From assembly GCF_006345805.1 (NCBI RefSeq), contig NC_042998.1, forward strand, positions 165,974,001 to 166,038,000: a stretch of DNA of 64,000 nucleotides. Direction: 5' to 3'. The position numbers and the translations under genes were made by a program. Source of the stretch: Octopus sinensis (lineage: Eukaryota). Below the pieces are notes generated by a model, which worked only from the letters and a program-made list of their open reading frames with translations, was not told where the DNA came from and did no database searches. Below, piece by piece: positions 13,349 to 27,096 of the stretch. Position 1 is the stretch's first letter. The number at the start of each line of letters is the position of its first letter.

Positions 13349-13648
13349 AGCTAAAGTGCAGACACAGCGGTGTGGTTAAGAAATTTGCTTCTCAACTACA
13401 TGGTTTGGGGTTCCACTCTCACTGCATGGAACCTTGGGCAAGTGTCTTTTACTATAACCCCAGGCCAATCAAACAATTTTGGCTTGGGGTTATAGTAGAA
13501 GACACTGAACCCAGAGCAATGAGGTTGATACGCAAACTTCTCACACAGCCATGCTCAAGCCTTTGCGTAAAATAGTTTTTGAAAAAAAAAAACAACACTA
13601 AAATAAATCTAGACAATTAAATGTTATCACAAGATTTTTAAGAATTAA

Positions 13649-13858
13649 CCCTTTCATTACTGTATTTATTTTGAGATGCTCTGTGATTCTTTCAATTACT
13701 TTAAATATAACAAAGAATTTAGCAAAATAACTTAGTTGTCATTAGGAACATAAATTGTGACTAATGTTTGGTGGAAGATTTTAATTCAAAACTTATGAAA
13801 ATAAGACATTTGTACTACAGAGTCAGAGGAGGTTTCAGCCGGGTTGGTAACGAAAGGG
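13649..13858. mobile_element. piggyBac-like MITE, same family as 2610-2830, opposite orientation
   Basis: TTAA|CCCTTTC...GAAAGGG|TTAA. The internal sequence is the reverse complement of the 2610 copy. Confidence 0.8.
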
Positions 13859-13942
13859 TTAAATAACTTAACATCAAACTTATACAATTGTAAGACATAC
13901 AAACAAATATTAAACAAATGTTATTGATAATAGTAATCCAAC

Positions 13943-14066
13943 CTTTTGAAACAAGACTTAAAATATGTGCCACTGTTTCTGCAACTCCCATTTCTTCTAT
14001 TCCAACATTGGATGGGTGGAAAAGTATCTCGGGGACAGAAAACCGTTCGTTATTTACTCGGATTAA
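13943..14066 (-). CDS. ACTR6: ACTR6 coding exon 9 (LIRVNNERFSVPEILFHPSNVGIEEMGVAETVAHILSLVSK)
   Basis: Acceptor ttctag, donor G|GTTGGA, 124 nt. Contains the NERF.VPEILF.PS..GI.EMG motif. Confidence 0.95.
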
Positions 14067-15180
14067 CTAGAACAAGAAAATAGAGGAAAATAAACAAACA
14101 TTAATAATTGTGAAGTTAATAATAACATGAATATTGTTGTTATCTTTCATCTTTTACTTGTTTTTGTTATTAGACAGCAGCCATGCTGGAGCACTGCCTT
14201 GAAGGGTTCTGCCTGCCAAATTCATTCACAAGACATCAGTTATCCCAGGGTTATAGTAGAAGACACTTGCCTAAGGTACCAGGCAGTGGGACTAAACCTG
14301 AAACTATGTGGCTGCAAAGAGAGCTTCTTAACCACACAACCATGCCTGTTGAATTACTTTTTAAACTTTAAAGTATATTTAAAAGTATCAAACATACATA
14401 ATTTAGAGCACCAGCAATCAAGTAGAAACTGTTCAATAACAGAATGGTAGCAGAGGTGGCTATTAAATGGTAAAAGTAAAGAAAAGAAACTAAATAGAAA
14501 GAGAGGTAGATAGAGTGAGGTAGTGGAGATTTTAAGGATTGGCTATAGGATAAAGTAAGGTGCATATGTGTATGGTGTCTAAGAATTGTGTAGGGGGTAG
14601 CTAAGAAGATGAGAGGGAAGATGGGGAGGTAGAGGAAAATAGTGAAAAAAAATAGAGCCTAAGGACTCATGCTCTGGTTTCTATAACTTCAGAAAGTTGA
14701 ACTATGAACTTTTATGCTTCTTTTTCTCCTCTCTTTCCATCTCTTTACTCTTTTACTCCCTTCCTCTATGTTGTCATCTTATTGATATACACCATTCTCA
14801 TTTTCCATATTTTTCCTCCCTATTTGTCTCTGATGACAGAATATCCCTTACTTGGAGATATCCCAGAAGCAGCTGCAAGATTTTGAATTTCTTCCTATAA
14901 TGATATTGTATATGACTTGAGATGTTTGCCTCCTTGCCTTAATGTTTGACATCATGTTTAACAATTATGTGTGTGTATATATATATATGTATAGAAATTA
15001 AATATAAAATATAAATTACAAAGTGGGACAAGAACGCAAAAACACACAAGGAGACAACACAAAAAAACAGACGGGTCACTCGAAGCCTCTAATCTTCAGT
15101 TGGGAACCGGATCATCTTAGTAATTTCGGCTGTTTAATCTCGATATTACTCCGACCCGGCCAGCCCCAAGGAAAAACCAA

Positions 15181-15183
<3 letters not shown>

Positions 15184-15246
<63 letters not shown>

Positions 15247-15260
15247 AATAGAGAGAGAGG
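15184..15260. repeat. Compound (TA)n(GA)n microsatellite (one of dozens; also (CATA)n at 61005-61073, 62700-62755 and 63780-63853)
   Basis: Directly visible. Confidence 0.95.
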
Positions 15261-17038
15261 GAGCGAGACAGAGACAGACAGAGAACTGCTAAAATGCAAT
15301 AAAAGGTAATAGTCAGAATATATTTTCATATGTAAATTTTATCATAATTTATATTCTTTTTTGGTAAATCAGTCAAGGGAGAAGAGGAAAAGCAACACTT
15401 ATAACTTATAAAGGCCCTCCACCTTTTGGCGGGATTGTTGTGGCTAATGTCTCATCCTGAACATCTGCAGGTCAAAGTTCACTGGAAAAGTATGGGTGAG
15501 GAGTGAAATGTTGATCTAAATACCTGCAACAGTGTGACCTTCCCAACCATTATTAATGGCATGCAAGGACAATATGGTAGCATTAAGTCAGGTGGCATGT
15601 GAGGCCTGCCATTCATAGTTAAGATACAGAGAAACTACTAATCATATTGTGGTAGCATACACATAAAACTGACAACTACCAATTAAAAATAATGAAATAG
15701 CAGTTAAATGCTTTTGGTTTTGTTCTGTCCATCTTGTTTACTTGTGGACTAGTTTAAACAATGTAGATACAATTTCACAAGTGACAAGTTTACTAAGATA
15801 TAATTCACTGTTTTATAGTTATACTTAGATTTGCTTTGATCAACCTACTTTCTGGCTGTCTTCCAAATTCTCTCTCATTTGTTTTGTGTATGTCTCTCTC
15901 TCTCTCTCTCTCTTTCTCCCTCTCTCTTCTATAAGAGTGTAGGTATGGTTGTATCCTGGTGTTTAAGAAGCTCACTTCAAAACCATGTGGTTTCAAGTTT
16001 AATTCCATTGTGTTTTGTGTTGAAATGGCAAGCTGGTAGAATCATTATCACAAGAGATAAAATGCAAAACAACATTTCTTCCAGGAGTTTTATTCTGAGT
16101 TCAAACGTCATGGAGGTTGACTTTACCTTTTGTCCTTTCGGGATTAATAAAATAAGTACCAATTGAGCACTGGAGTCATTATAATTAACCCTTTAGCATT
16201 CAAATTATTTCAATAATGCCTGTCCAAGATATGTTTTGAAATATGATTTCAGAATTTTCAGAATTCATTACTTTTTTATAACATTCATGGCCTTCTTTAT
16301 CTATCAGTTTCTTCATTCTATATGATGAATGTTAAGCAGTCAGGCAGCTAAAGACATTCTGATTTTATTCTGTTGACATACAATTATCATATTTGCTTAT
16401 TATTTTATTTATATGTTACTGTTTACCTTTCCCCAGATTTGTTCCTTGGTTATCAAATTATGCATGGTCACCATTGCAAAGCTCTCACGCTCAGCCTTGC
16501 CTATCTGTATTTCTCTTGTAGTCTTGATTTAACCTTTCTCTCACATACCAAAGTCTATGAAGCTTATCAATTCGGGCTCCCTTAGCAATTAAACTATGTA
16601 GTCAAGCCATGTAAATATTCTTGTTCTCAACAGAAGGTATATCCTATGTCCCCTCTCCCTGACTTGTATCACATGTACTTTCTTCTTGCACTTTTACCTG
16701 TCCTCTTTTTTTACGCCACCTACACCTATCTTTATAATTCCATTCCTCATTTCCTACTAAACTATACAATATCAGAGCAGCCCTTTCATACTTTATTGAT
16801 GTATATCTGCCTTTTCTCGTTTCCTCTTTTTACTCTCTCACACATACCTCTCTTTCTCTACCCACTCCTTATCACACAACCCCTCTACCCTCTATCCACA
16901 TTCCCTTTTTTCTTGTATGACTGTCTCCTCTACCCCAGCTCTTTCTGTGTGTCCTTCTTTTACCCACTTCTCCTTCATACCCTCCCTCTCATCTCTCCTC
17001 CAGCTTTGACACACTGCAATCTACAACTGTAATTTCAA

Positions 17039-17261
17039 TCCTTTAATATTTAAACCAGCCAAATCCAGCCCAAAATATTTCATGTGTTTTATGTTCAAAC
17101 CACCCAGGTTCAGCATCTTTCACCTTCTCTACAATGTAATTCTAAAAGCAAACAATCATATCATTGAAATCTTGAAGCTATGAGATAATTCATGATTAAT
17201 ACAAATGATGGGAATGAATAAGAATTACATTTGACAGAGTAATCTGAATGCTAAAGAGTTA
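17039..17261. mobile_element. piggyBac-like MITE, second family
   Basis: Termini resemble CCCTTTAGCATT/AATGCTAAAGGG with TTAA at the right end. Homologous to 30888-31298. Confidence 0.65.
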
Positions 17262-17786
17262 AGCATTGTAGGCTGTCACTGAAAGTTTACACAAAAAAGA
17301 CATGGACTCCACAAGTAGCAGTGAAGGCAATGTATCCATGAGAACAAGAACTATGAAAAATTGTACAGAGACATGGATTCTGCAAACTAGACCCTTAGAC
17401 AATCCTACTGTCTGTCTAAGAGAAAGGAGAGTAATGACTCTAAATAAATACGTGCACAAAGGAAACATGGGCTCTGTGAATTGGAGTGAAGGCACCCACA
17501 TCCCTTGTCTAAGAGAGCCAATACTCTGAATAAATACTTATATGGAAGAGATGTGGATTCTACTAAGTCATAGTGAATACAACCCATCTGAAAGAATAGT
17601 AACTCCAAATAAAAATTGACATAGGCACAAATGTGGCTGTGTGGTTAAGAAGCTTGTTTCCCAACCATATGGGCTTGGGTTCAGTCCCACTGCATGACAC
17701 TTTCAGTGTCTTCTATTACCGGTATTATTACCAAGCTGACCAAAGACTTATGAGTGTATATGGTAAACAGAAACTGCAAGAAGCCC

Positions 17787-17832
<46 letters not shown>

Positions 17833-18471
17833 CGCGCGTGTGTGCATGCTTGTATGTATCCATGTCTAGATATCGTGATAGTTGTAAATGAGAATCACTG
17901 TTATACAAGCCAAGTTGTTCATTTCCAGTCTTCCAGCTATGGAAAAATATTACTTTGCCTGGAAACTGGTAAGTGTTAGTGAGAGAGAGAGAGAGAGCAT
18001 TTAGCCAAAAGAAAAATCTGCCTCAACAAATTCTGTCCAACTCATGCAAACAAGGAAAAGTAATCATTAAATGATGATGATAATGAAGATGCTAACATAG
18101 AAAGACACTTTATTCCTTGCAGACAACCTGCCTAGTGATGGTGGCATAATAAAATATACCTAGTCCATGCTTTGAAGTGGTTGATGATAGCAAAGGTATC
18201 TAGCCAGTAAAACAATACAAAGTTCATGAAAACTTCCAATATAAGAATCAGTGTAAATTTAGCAAATACTAAAGTATCAGTATAAGTAAGTAAGGAAACA
18301 GAGGTGCTTGATATAAAGCAAATGAGTCAGAAGAAATTCCACACTGTACTCAATGTAATGCATGGGTATATCAAATGTTCTGGGATCACAAACAGGCTTT
18401 GTATGTTAATTGCACAGGAGTAATTACCTGTCAGAGAATTAGTAAAATAAATTTTTCCTAATCTTTTATCT

Positions 18472-18850
18472 TTTCCTTGTTTCAGTCATTTGACAGCAGC
18501 CATGCTGGAGCACAGCCTTAAAGAATTTTAGTTGAACAAATCGACCCCTGGACTTGTTTTTTAAAGCTTGGTACTTATTCTATCAGTCTCTTTTGCTGAA
18601 CTGCTAAGTTAAAGGGATGTAAACACACTAACACCAGTTATCGAGTGGTGGGGAGACAAACACAGATAGAAGACATACATACACACATATATGACGAGCT
18701 TCTTCCAGTTTCCATCTATCAAATCCACTCACATGGCTTTGGTTGGCCTGAGGCTATAGTAGAAGATATTTGCCCAAGGTGCCATACAGTGGGACTCAAC
18801 CCTGAACCATGTGGTTGAGAAGCAAGATTCTTACCACAAAACCACACCTG
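18472..18850 (-). mobile_element. tRNA-derived CORE-like SINE
   Basis: Reverse complement of the same family. Confidence 0.8.
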
Positions 18851-19904
18851 CCCCTATAATGCTTAGAAAGCTCCATAGAAGCCATTAATAGCTTCTGCAG
18901 CTTGTGTGCCCCACTCAGTAACTGAGGAGGATGCACTAAAAGAATTAGGAGGTGAGGTTAGTCAGGAACTACTATCTCTGCTGACAATAGGCAGGTTCTC
19001 TCCTTGAGCAAAGGATTGACTGCATGATGCTTGTGTATGATCCATGGTGACTGGAAAGAAATGATGCAAGCATGCCCTGCCGGTTATGAATCATTAGCGT
19101 GTATGAATGAGAAGGCACAGTTGAGCTGAGAGAAATATTAGCAGTACAAGAAAATCAGAAGGAGAGTGCAAGTATGACAACTGTGTTGGTACAAACATAT
19201 AAATATGCCTGCATGATGACAGCCAAGTAAATAAGTGCCAAGGGATTCATGAGGAAAAAAAAAAAGAGAGAGACATAGGCAGAAGTGGAGGAAGCTGATC
19301 TCAGGATGCTGAATTTCAGAAAACAGAGGAATGCAGTAAGTGGTTGGTTGCTGTGTAGTAGAGTTCCCACTCAACCTAAGCGAACATTGAAAAGCAAATG
19401 TAAAATGGTGGTGGTGGTGGTGATAGTGGTGGGTGGGTGTGTGTGCATGTGCATACTCTATTATTTTTTTCACCAGTAGCAAGTTCCATTTTCAAAATAA
19501 GTCATGTAAGTTAATGTAAATAAACCATGTGAGCTAATGCTATTGCTTTCCTTAAGATGTATCATATAGATGTTGCCTATATCTCCTATCCCATCCACCC
19601 TGTCTCTTGCCCCTGCCATACACTCTTGTAAACCTCCACCCACACACACTGCTAGCTTCTGTCACCAGTCACTTCTACTTACCTAGTACCTTGAGGTGCC
19701 ACCTGGATACCTCATAACCACTGTTTATCTCATTGGAGATAGCACTGATTCATTTTCATTCTCTTCCCTAAACATGAGTAGTCATGTATCTCCTCTACAA
19801 GAACCTCTTGACCCCAAACCCTTCTCTCATACCTTAACCTCCATTTCCCATAAAGCACACCGTCACCCAGTTCCTCAGCTTTTGTAGACATACAAGCTGC
19901 ATGG

Positions 19905-20430
19905 GGACCTCACGAGTGCCAGTGGCACCAAAAAATTAACCCAGTACACACTGTAAAATAATTGCTGCAATGAAGGGAATCGAGTCGTAGAAATCATGCC
20001 AAAGCAGATGCAATGCAATCCTTGCACCCATCAGATCCTTCAAACCATTCAACAAGCATGGAACATGGAGATTAAATGATGATGTATGTATATATATATA
20101 TATATCATTATCATCATCATCATCATCATCATCGTTTAACGTCCATTCTCCATGCTAGCATGGGTTGGACGGTTCGACCGGGGATCTGGGAAGCCAGAAG
20201 GCTGCACCAGGCTCCGGTCTTATCTGGCAATGTTTCTACAGCTGGATGCCCTTCCTAACGCCAACCACTCCGTGAGTGTAGTGGGTGCTTTTTACGTGCC
20301 ACCTGCACTGGTGCCAAGCGAGGCTGGCATCGGCCACGGTCGGATTGGTGCATTTTACGTGCCACCTGCACGGAAGCCAGTCGAGGCGGCACTGGCTTCG
20401 GCCACGATTTGGATGGTGCTTTTTACGTGA
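19905..20430. mobile_element. Two tail-to-tail RTE 3' fragments (+ 19905-20082, - 20105-20430)
   Basis: (GAT)n and (CAT)n tails face each other across a TA microsatellite. Confidence 0.75.
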
Positions 20431-20549
20431 CACATGATAGCTTATAAGATTTAAGGCTTCAAAATATCATTATTATTATTTACAGAATTGTAAAAATTAA
20501 CACAGTTTACCAAAAACCATCATATATATATATACACACATACACACAC

Positions 20550-20607
<58 letters not shown>

Positions 20608-21289
20608 ATATTGACAGGGCAAGACTGCTAGGTAGTTGGTGGCATGCTAGAAATAGATCATCAACGATCAAACTACAAAGAAAGTTCTCTAGAGGAAAAA
20701 TTCAGCGATAGACTACTGGTTTTAAATTGATATTAAAATTAATATTAATTTATCTCCCTCATTATTTAAATATTGAAATATATATATATATATATATACA
20801 CATATATATATAAGCCTAGTACTTATTCTATCGGTCTCTTTTGCTGAACCGCTAAGTTATGGGCACATAAACACATATTTTATATTTTTGTAAATATATA
20901 TATATCAATCAAGCCTAAGTGTGTTTATCTGTATTACTACCTCCATATCAGCTTGATTTGAATTTCTATTAGAGTCATTTCTGACACTGTGGGCTTTGGC
21001 CTGGATAGAGAAGTCAGAGTTTAAGTTCAAGTTCATTCAAACACTACTATGTGGTTTATATACTAAGCTTATCTAGCTCTTACCTATTGAGCATATACAC
21101 ACACATATATAGTCATATATATCACTTAAAGTGGAGCGAAGTTGTAGAAGAGGGAGACCCTGGAAGGCATAGGATAAAGTATTGAAGGTCAATCTCAAAA
21201 CACTGAACCTTATGAAGGAGATGACAGAAAGCCAAGATATGTGGTGTATTGTTGACCTGCCCACCACAACAGAATTGAGATCCTAAAAA

Positions 21290-21998
21290 CAAATAGCCAC
21301 ATAGAAAGCATTGGTGTGGGTGCTGGTGCCATGTAAAAAGCACTGGTGATGGTGCCATATAAAAAGCACCTAGTACATTTTGTAAAGTGGTTGACATTAG
21401 GAATGGCATTCAGCCATAGAAACCAAGCCAAAACAGACTATGGAACTTGATGCGGTCCCTGGGCCTTGTCGATTCTTGTCAAGCTACCCAACTCATGGCA
21501 ACATGGAAAACTGACATATGATGATGGCTATGATATATACATATAGTGACCGAGACCTTTGGCAATATGCTGAGCTTGAGAGGACCTGTCAAGCTAAGTG
21601 TATCCCATGCTAGTGGCATGTAAAGGACACCTTTCGAGCATTGGGCCTCATGGAAGCAAAGTGGCTGAGTTCCTTTCAAGTGTTGGGCCTCACAGAGGCA
21701 ATGACTGAGACCTTTGGCATTATGTCATGCTTGAGAAGACCCATCAAGCCGAGCAAAATCGCAGTTGTGGCAGACACCGGAGTCATATAAAAGCGCCCTG
21801 GTGTTATGCAAATGGCACCTGTGCTGGCGGTAAGTAAAAGCACCCATTACACTCTCAGAGTGGTTGGCACTAGGAAGGGCATCCAGCCATAGAAAACCAT
21901 GCCAAATCAGACTGGAGTCTAGTGCAGCCTTCCAGCATGCCAGCCCGGTCAAAACATCCAACCCATGCCAGCTTGGACAACGGACATTAAATGATGAT
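21290..21998 (+). mobile_element. Tandem RTE 3' fragments
   Basis: Tail motifs ending GATGATG at about 21525 and 21998. Segment 21545-21840 is homologous to 27680-27925. Confidence 0.7.
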
Positions 21999-22666
21999 AC
22001 AAAAGCTTTCACACACTTTCCATCTACCAAATTTATTCACAAGACATTTGGTCAGCTTGGAGTTACAGTTGAACACACTTGCTCAGGATGCCATACAGTA
22101 GGACTGAACTCAAAACCATGTGGTTGCAAAGCAAGCTTCTTAACCACATAGCCACAAATGTAACAAACTAACCTATTACAAAAATATCAATGGTTTCACA
22201 GAATATATAGGCTTGACTTTAGCAATAAAATACATGTTCGCATAAAATTACTTGTACATTTGATACCATGCTTTTGTTCCAATTATTTAATGTTGTCACT
22301 GACTTTTAAAAGCCTTGCTAATTCAAGTGCCATGATTGTAGCTAGGTGGAAGGGGCTTGATTTTTCATATTTGTAAAAGCTATTACAAAAAGTAATAATC
22401 TCAGGAAAGTTACTTTAGTTCTCCATTCTTGTATATAATGCAACTGCACTAACTTTAACTCATTTCTTTAATATGTCATAGGGATTCCTCAAATTTCTCC
22501 CATAATGTCTCACTTATGTACTGCATGACTATATTCAATTACTAAACCAACTTTCTCAAATGCCCTTGCAAAGTTAGGTATACCACATAAGCATTTAAAT
22601 TACTATTTCAAGAAATATATGCAAAAAGTTCCCAAACAGGCATAGGAGTGGGTGTGTGGATAGGTG

Positions 22667-23060
22667 AAGGAGTGGCTGTGTGGTAAGTAGCTTGCTTATG
22701 AACCACATGGTTCTGGGTTCAGTCCCACTGTGTGGCACCTTGGGCAAGTGTCTTCTACTATAGCTTCGGACTGACCAAAGTCTTGTGAGTGGATTTGGTA
22801 GACGGAAACTGAAAGAAGCCCATCATATTTTTGTGTGTGTGTGTGTGTATGTTTGTGTGTCTGTGTTTGTCCCCCCAACATCGCTTGACAACCAATGCTG
22901 GTATGTTTACGCCCCCGTAACTTAGCTGTTTGGCAAAAGAGACCGATAGAATAAGTACTAGGCTTACAAAGAATAAGTCCTGGGGTTGATTTGCTCGACT
23001 AAACGCGGTGCTCCAGCACAGCCACAGTCAAATGACTAAAACAAGTAAAAGAGTAAAGAG
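22667..23060 (+). mobile_element. tRNA-derived CORE-like SINE
   Basis: Same family as 57491-57877. Confidence 0.85.
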
Positions 23061-23139
23061 TAAACTGAATGAAGGAAACAATAATTTGTAGACAAATGGC
23101 ATTTCTAACAAGAAAGAAAATAAAAAGTTAGATACTTAC

Positions 23140-23260
23140 TTGCTCATTTTCTTTAGACTTTCCAGTAGATTCTTCAAGTGTATTCATATAGCCACGGTGG
23201 ATGTTTGTGTAATCAGGTAATATATAATCTCGTCCAATGCTATTATCCTTTCTGTTTAAT
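23140..23260 (-). CDS. ACTR6: ACTR6 coding exon 8 (LNRKDNSIGRDYILPDYTNIHRGYMNTLEESTGKSKENEQ)
   Basis: Acceptor atgcag, donor CAA|GTAAGT, 121 nt. Contains the DYxLPD motif. Confidence 0.93.
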
Positions 23261-23617
23261 CTGCATAGTATAGATTATGAAGAACATAATCCTTAAACAG
23301 CCAAGGGAGATATTTAGCAAAAATCATCATTATTCATCATTACTTTGATATCTAATTTTCCATATTTTCATGGATCAGATAGGATTTGTTGAGGAACATT
23401 TTGCTATTGCCCAGATACTCTTTTTGTTACCAACCATCACTGGTTTCTGAGCAAAGTGATATTTCCAAATGGATAAAAATACTTCCACAGAAAATTGGAA
23501 ACGAAGGACACTGGTTTACAACTATCACGTGATGTCCAGACAAGGACACACACACACACACACTGGCACAGCTGCCATTTACATATACATATTATTTTTA
23601 AACAAGAAAGTTGTTTA

Positions 23618-24068
23618 TTATTTACATTATTTACATTCAATGGATATTTGTCCCCATCTTGTTTGTTGTTAACACACCGTTTCGGCTGATATACCCTCCA
23701 CCCTTCTTCAGGTGTCTTGGGGAAATTTTGAACCTGGGTTCTCATTCCTAAGGTATTTTTAGATGATGATGTTGTTGTTGTTATTATTATTATTATTATT
23801 ATTGTTCAAGTCAAGCAGTGACTTGAACAACAATAATAATAATAATAATAAAAATAACAACAACAATAATAATAATAACAATAACAACAGCAATATCGAA
23901 AAATACCTTAGGAATGAGAACCCCGGTTTGAAATTTCCCCAAGACATCTGAAGAAGGCAGGAGGGTATATCAGCTGAAATGTTGTGTTAACAACAAACAA
24001 GATGAGGACAAATATCCGTCGAATGTAAATAATGTACATAATTCCTCATCTCTTAAATATAGAACTGT
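23618..24068. mobile_element. Second Penelope-like fold-back (about 420-bp palindrome)
   Basis: Arms meet at TTGTTCAAGTCA-agcag-TGACTTGAACAA (23802-23830). It has the same right-hand tail as the copy at 43-328. Confidence 0.6.
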
Positions 24069-24299
24069 AAGAGAGTTGTTGACAGTGATTTTCACATTTT
24101 GGCCAGTTAAGCCATGGTCAGACTGCCAGTCCAACAATGGTTTAGCTGGTTGAAACTTCAAAGTCACTGTCAACAATATTCTTGTTTAAGAATAATAAAT
24201 TTGTACTCTACAAAAGTCTAGAGTAATCCACGAAATTAATGTAAAATTGTTTTTATCATAACTGAACATAAAAACAAACATTAATATATATATATACAC

Positions 24300-24635
24300 C
24301 AGCGCTGCCCCAACTGGCCCCTGTGCCGGTGGCACATAAAAAAAGACCATCCGAACGTTGCCAGCGCCGCCTTGGCTGGCTTCCGTGCCGCTGGCACGTT
24401 AAAAGCTCCAACCGATCGTGACCGATGCCGGACCTCCCCTGGCACCTGTGCAGGTGGCACGTAAAAAGCACCCACTACACTCGTGGAGTGGTTGGCGTTA
24501 GGAAGGGCATCCAGCCGTAGAAACTCTGCCAGATCAGACTGGAGCCTGGAGCAGCCCCTGGCTTCCCAGACCCCGGTCGAACCGTCCAACCCGTGCTAGC
24601 GCGGAAAACGGACGTTAAACGATGATGATGATGAT
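24300..24635 (+). mobile_element. RTE 3' UTR fragment
   Basis: GTGGCACGTAAAAAGCACC subrepeats and a (GAT)n tail. Confidence 0.8.
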
Positions 24636-24798
24636 GTCTATGTGTGTGTGTGTGCGCGCGCATGCATGTGTGTGTGTGTGTGCGTGCGCGCATGTGTGTG
24701 TGCATGCGTGCGCATGTGTGTGTGTGTAAATCTTACAAAATTGAAAACTATTGTTTATTTAGGAGAATCCATATATCTAAGCAAATAGTAATATTCAC

Positions 24799-24897
24799 CT
24801 TGCTTTTTCCATATCTTTGTTGAAGTCTTGAGATACAAAACAAACATCCTCTTTAAGCTGGTTGATAACATATGTCTCATCCATAACCATCAGCTGC
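24799..24897 (-). CDS. ACTR6: ACTR6 coding exon 7 (QLMVMDETYVINQLKEDVCFVSQDFNKDMEKA)
   Basis: Acceptor tggtag, donor AG|GTGAAT, 99 nt. Contains the MDET.VINQ.KED.C.VS motif. Confidence 0.95.
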
Positions 24898-25154
24898 CTA
24901 CCAACAAAAAGCAAAGACAAATTTAATCAGCAGTCAAAAAAATTTAACAGAGTACAATATATCTTGCATTTCATTTTTAATACAAGCAGACTGAAGTGAT
25001 AAAAAAATATCAGAAAAATACCATTTATTTCGACAGGAATAAAACACTAACTAAAAGAACTACCAACATATTTAGATAGGCAGTTTGTTAAAAAAAAAAA
25101 TCATTAAAACTTTATGGACATCCCAAAAAATGATATATTTATAAACATGCTTAC

Positions 25155-25211
25155 CGATAAGATATTATTTCTTTCAAATGATTTGTCAATATTTTCCCAC
25201 CAACATTAATC
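25155..25211 (-). CDS. ACTR6: ACTR6 coding exon 6 (INVGGKILTNHLKEIISY)
   Basis: Acceptor ttttag, donor CG|GTAAGC, 57 nt. Highly conserved ARP6 peptide. Confidence 0.95.
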
Positions 25212-26200
25212 CTAAAAACAAAAAAAACAAAAACAGAAAATGATGGAAAAATGAGAACAGAAAGGATGTAAAACAAATAAATTCATATTTTCAGTGTGCT
25301 TATCACAAAGCTTTTACACCTTTACCTGTACTGCCATAGTTTTTAAATGGTTCCAACTCACTGGCCGTGGCTGGCTCTAAATAACTGAACATGACTATAA
25401 ATATCTTCAGCCCTCTACTTCACCTACTCAATGTAGGTGGAGTAGAGGTCAATGTTCTGCTCCTGACACTTCTCCTGCAGCTGTCTAGCAGCAAACACCA
25501 TGTCAATAGTCCCACGCTCTTTCCAAAACCACACTAGCTCTCAGGTAGGAGACCTTGCTCTAGATGTGCAATGAGGCAGTTGAGCAAAACTCTAGCCAGG
25601 ATCCATGTGCCAAGTACAAGCATGGCTGTGTGGCTAAGAAGTTTGCTTCCTAACAGCATGGTGTTAGGTTCAGACTTCGACAATCACCCTGAGCCAACCA
25701 AAGCTTTGTGAGTGGATTTGGAAGGAGATGAAATAAGCCCTTCTTCATCGTCGTTGTAATCATCATCATCAACATCATCAAACATCCATTTTCCATGCTG
25801 GCATGGGTTGAATGGCTTGACAGGATCTGGCTTGGTTTCTACACCTGGATGATCTTCTTAATACCAACCACTCCAAAGATTGTATTGGGTGCATTTTACA
25901 GGGCATCATCACCACTGTTTTTTTACATGGCATCATCACCAATGCTTTTTATGTGGCACTAGCACCTTTTCCTTCCTAACTCTGTTAGATTCTGCCATGA
26001 GGGCAAGATCATCAGCATTTAGCAGTTCGCATGGGCTGCCAGTCTTAAATTTCTTGGTCCTGGCCTGTAAGACAATGATCAATAGATGGGGGCTGAGGAC
26101 CAAGCCTTGGTGAGCACCTACCCGTACACTAAATTCGTAACTAAGGAAAATTTACTTGTACACTGTACCCTCATGTGTGTATGTATATATATATATATAT

Positions 26201-27059
26201 TTAATCAATATAGGGTGGCAAGGAAAATTTTGTAGAATTTTATTGCCACCAGCGGCCCAGTAGGAAAAAATTAAATAGTCATAGACCATTTTTAAGTTCA
26301 ACATTAACAATTAAGGAACGGCCATAATAGGCCATTCACCCACTAGAAATAACAGCCAAGCTTCTACCGCAAATAAAGATTAATTCCGTAAACAGGAGAA
26401 AATTAAAAAAACATTTACCCTGTAATTTCTTGTACGGTATACCGTTTCATCCGCTGTTTAATGGTAAACTAACCTGATTAAATTAAATCAAGCCAATCAT
26501 CTTTATTTGCGGTAGAAGCTTTGGCTGTTATTTCTAGTGGGTGAATGGCCTATTATGGCCGTTCCTTAATGTTAATGTTGAACTTAAAAATGGTCTATGA
26601 CTATTTAATTTTTTCCTACTGGGCCGCTGGTGGCAATAAAATTCTACAAAATTTTCCTTGCCACCCTATATTGATTAATTATGAATTTTTTGGTTAATTC
26701 CGTAATGGAATCGACGGCTGATATTTATTTGCTGCCGATAAATTTGGCGCGAGTGCGACGATTTGAAATTTTAGGTCAGATATTGCCTTGGCTAGATTGG
26801 GTTTGCCTCGTGTAAATATCTGTTCCGACTTGAGCTATTTCTTGCTGAAGAATCCGAGGGCTTATGGATGATTGGCTTGATTTAATTTAATCAGGTTAGT
26901 TTACCATTAAACAGCGATGAAACGGTATACCGTACAAGAATTACAGGGTAAATGTTTTTTTAATTTTCTCCTGTTTACGGAATTAATCTTTATTTGCGGT
27001 AGAAGCTTTGGCTGTTATTTCTAGTGGGTGAATGGCCTATTATGGCCGTTCCTTAATTG

Positions 27060-27064
<5 letters not shown>
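26201..27064. repeat. Complex inverted/tandem duplication (A-B-A'-C-B'-partial A')
   Basis: 26201-26380 is the reverse complement of 26499-26678. 26301-26501 is the reverse complement of 26867-27064. Confidence 0.9.
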
Positions 27065-27096
<32 letters not shown>

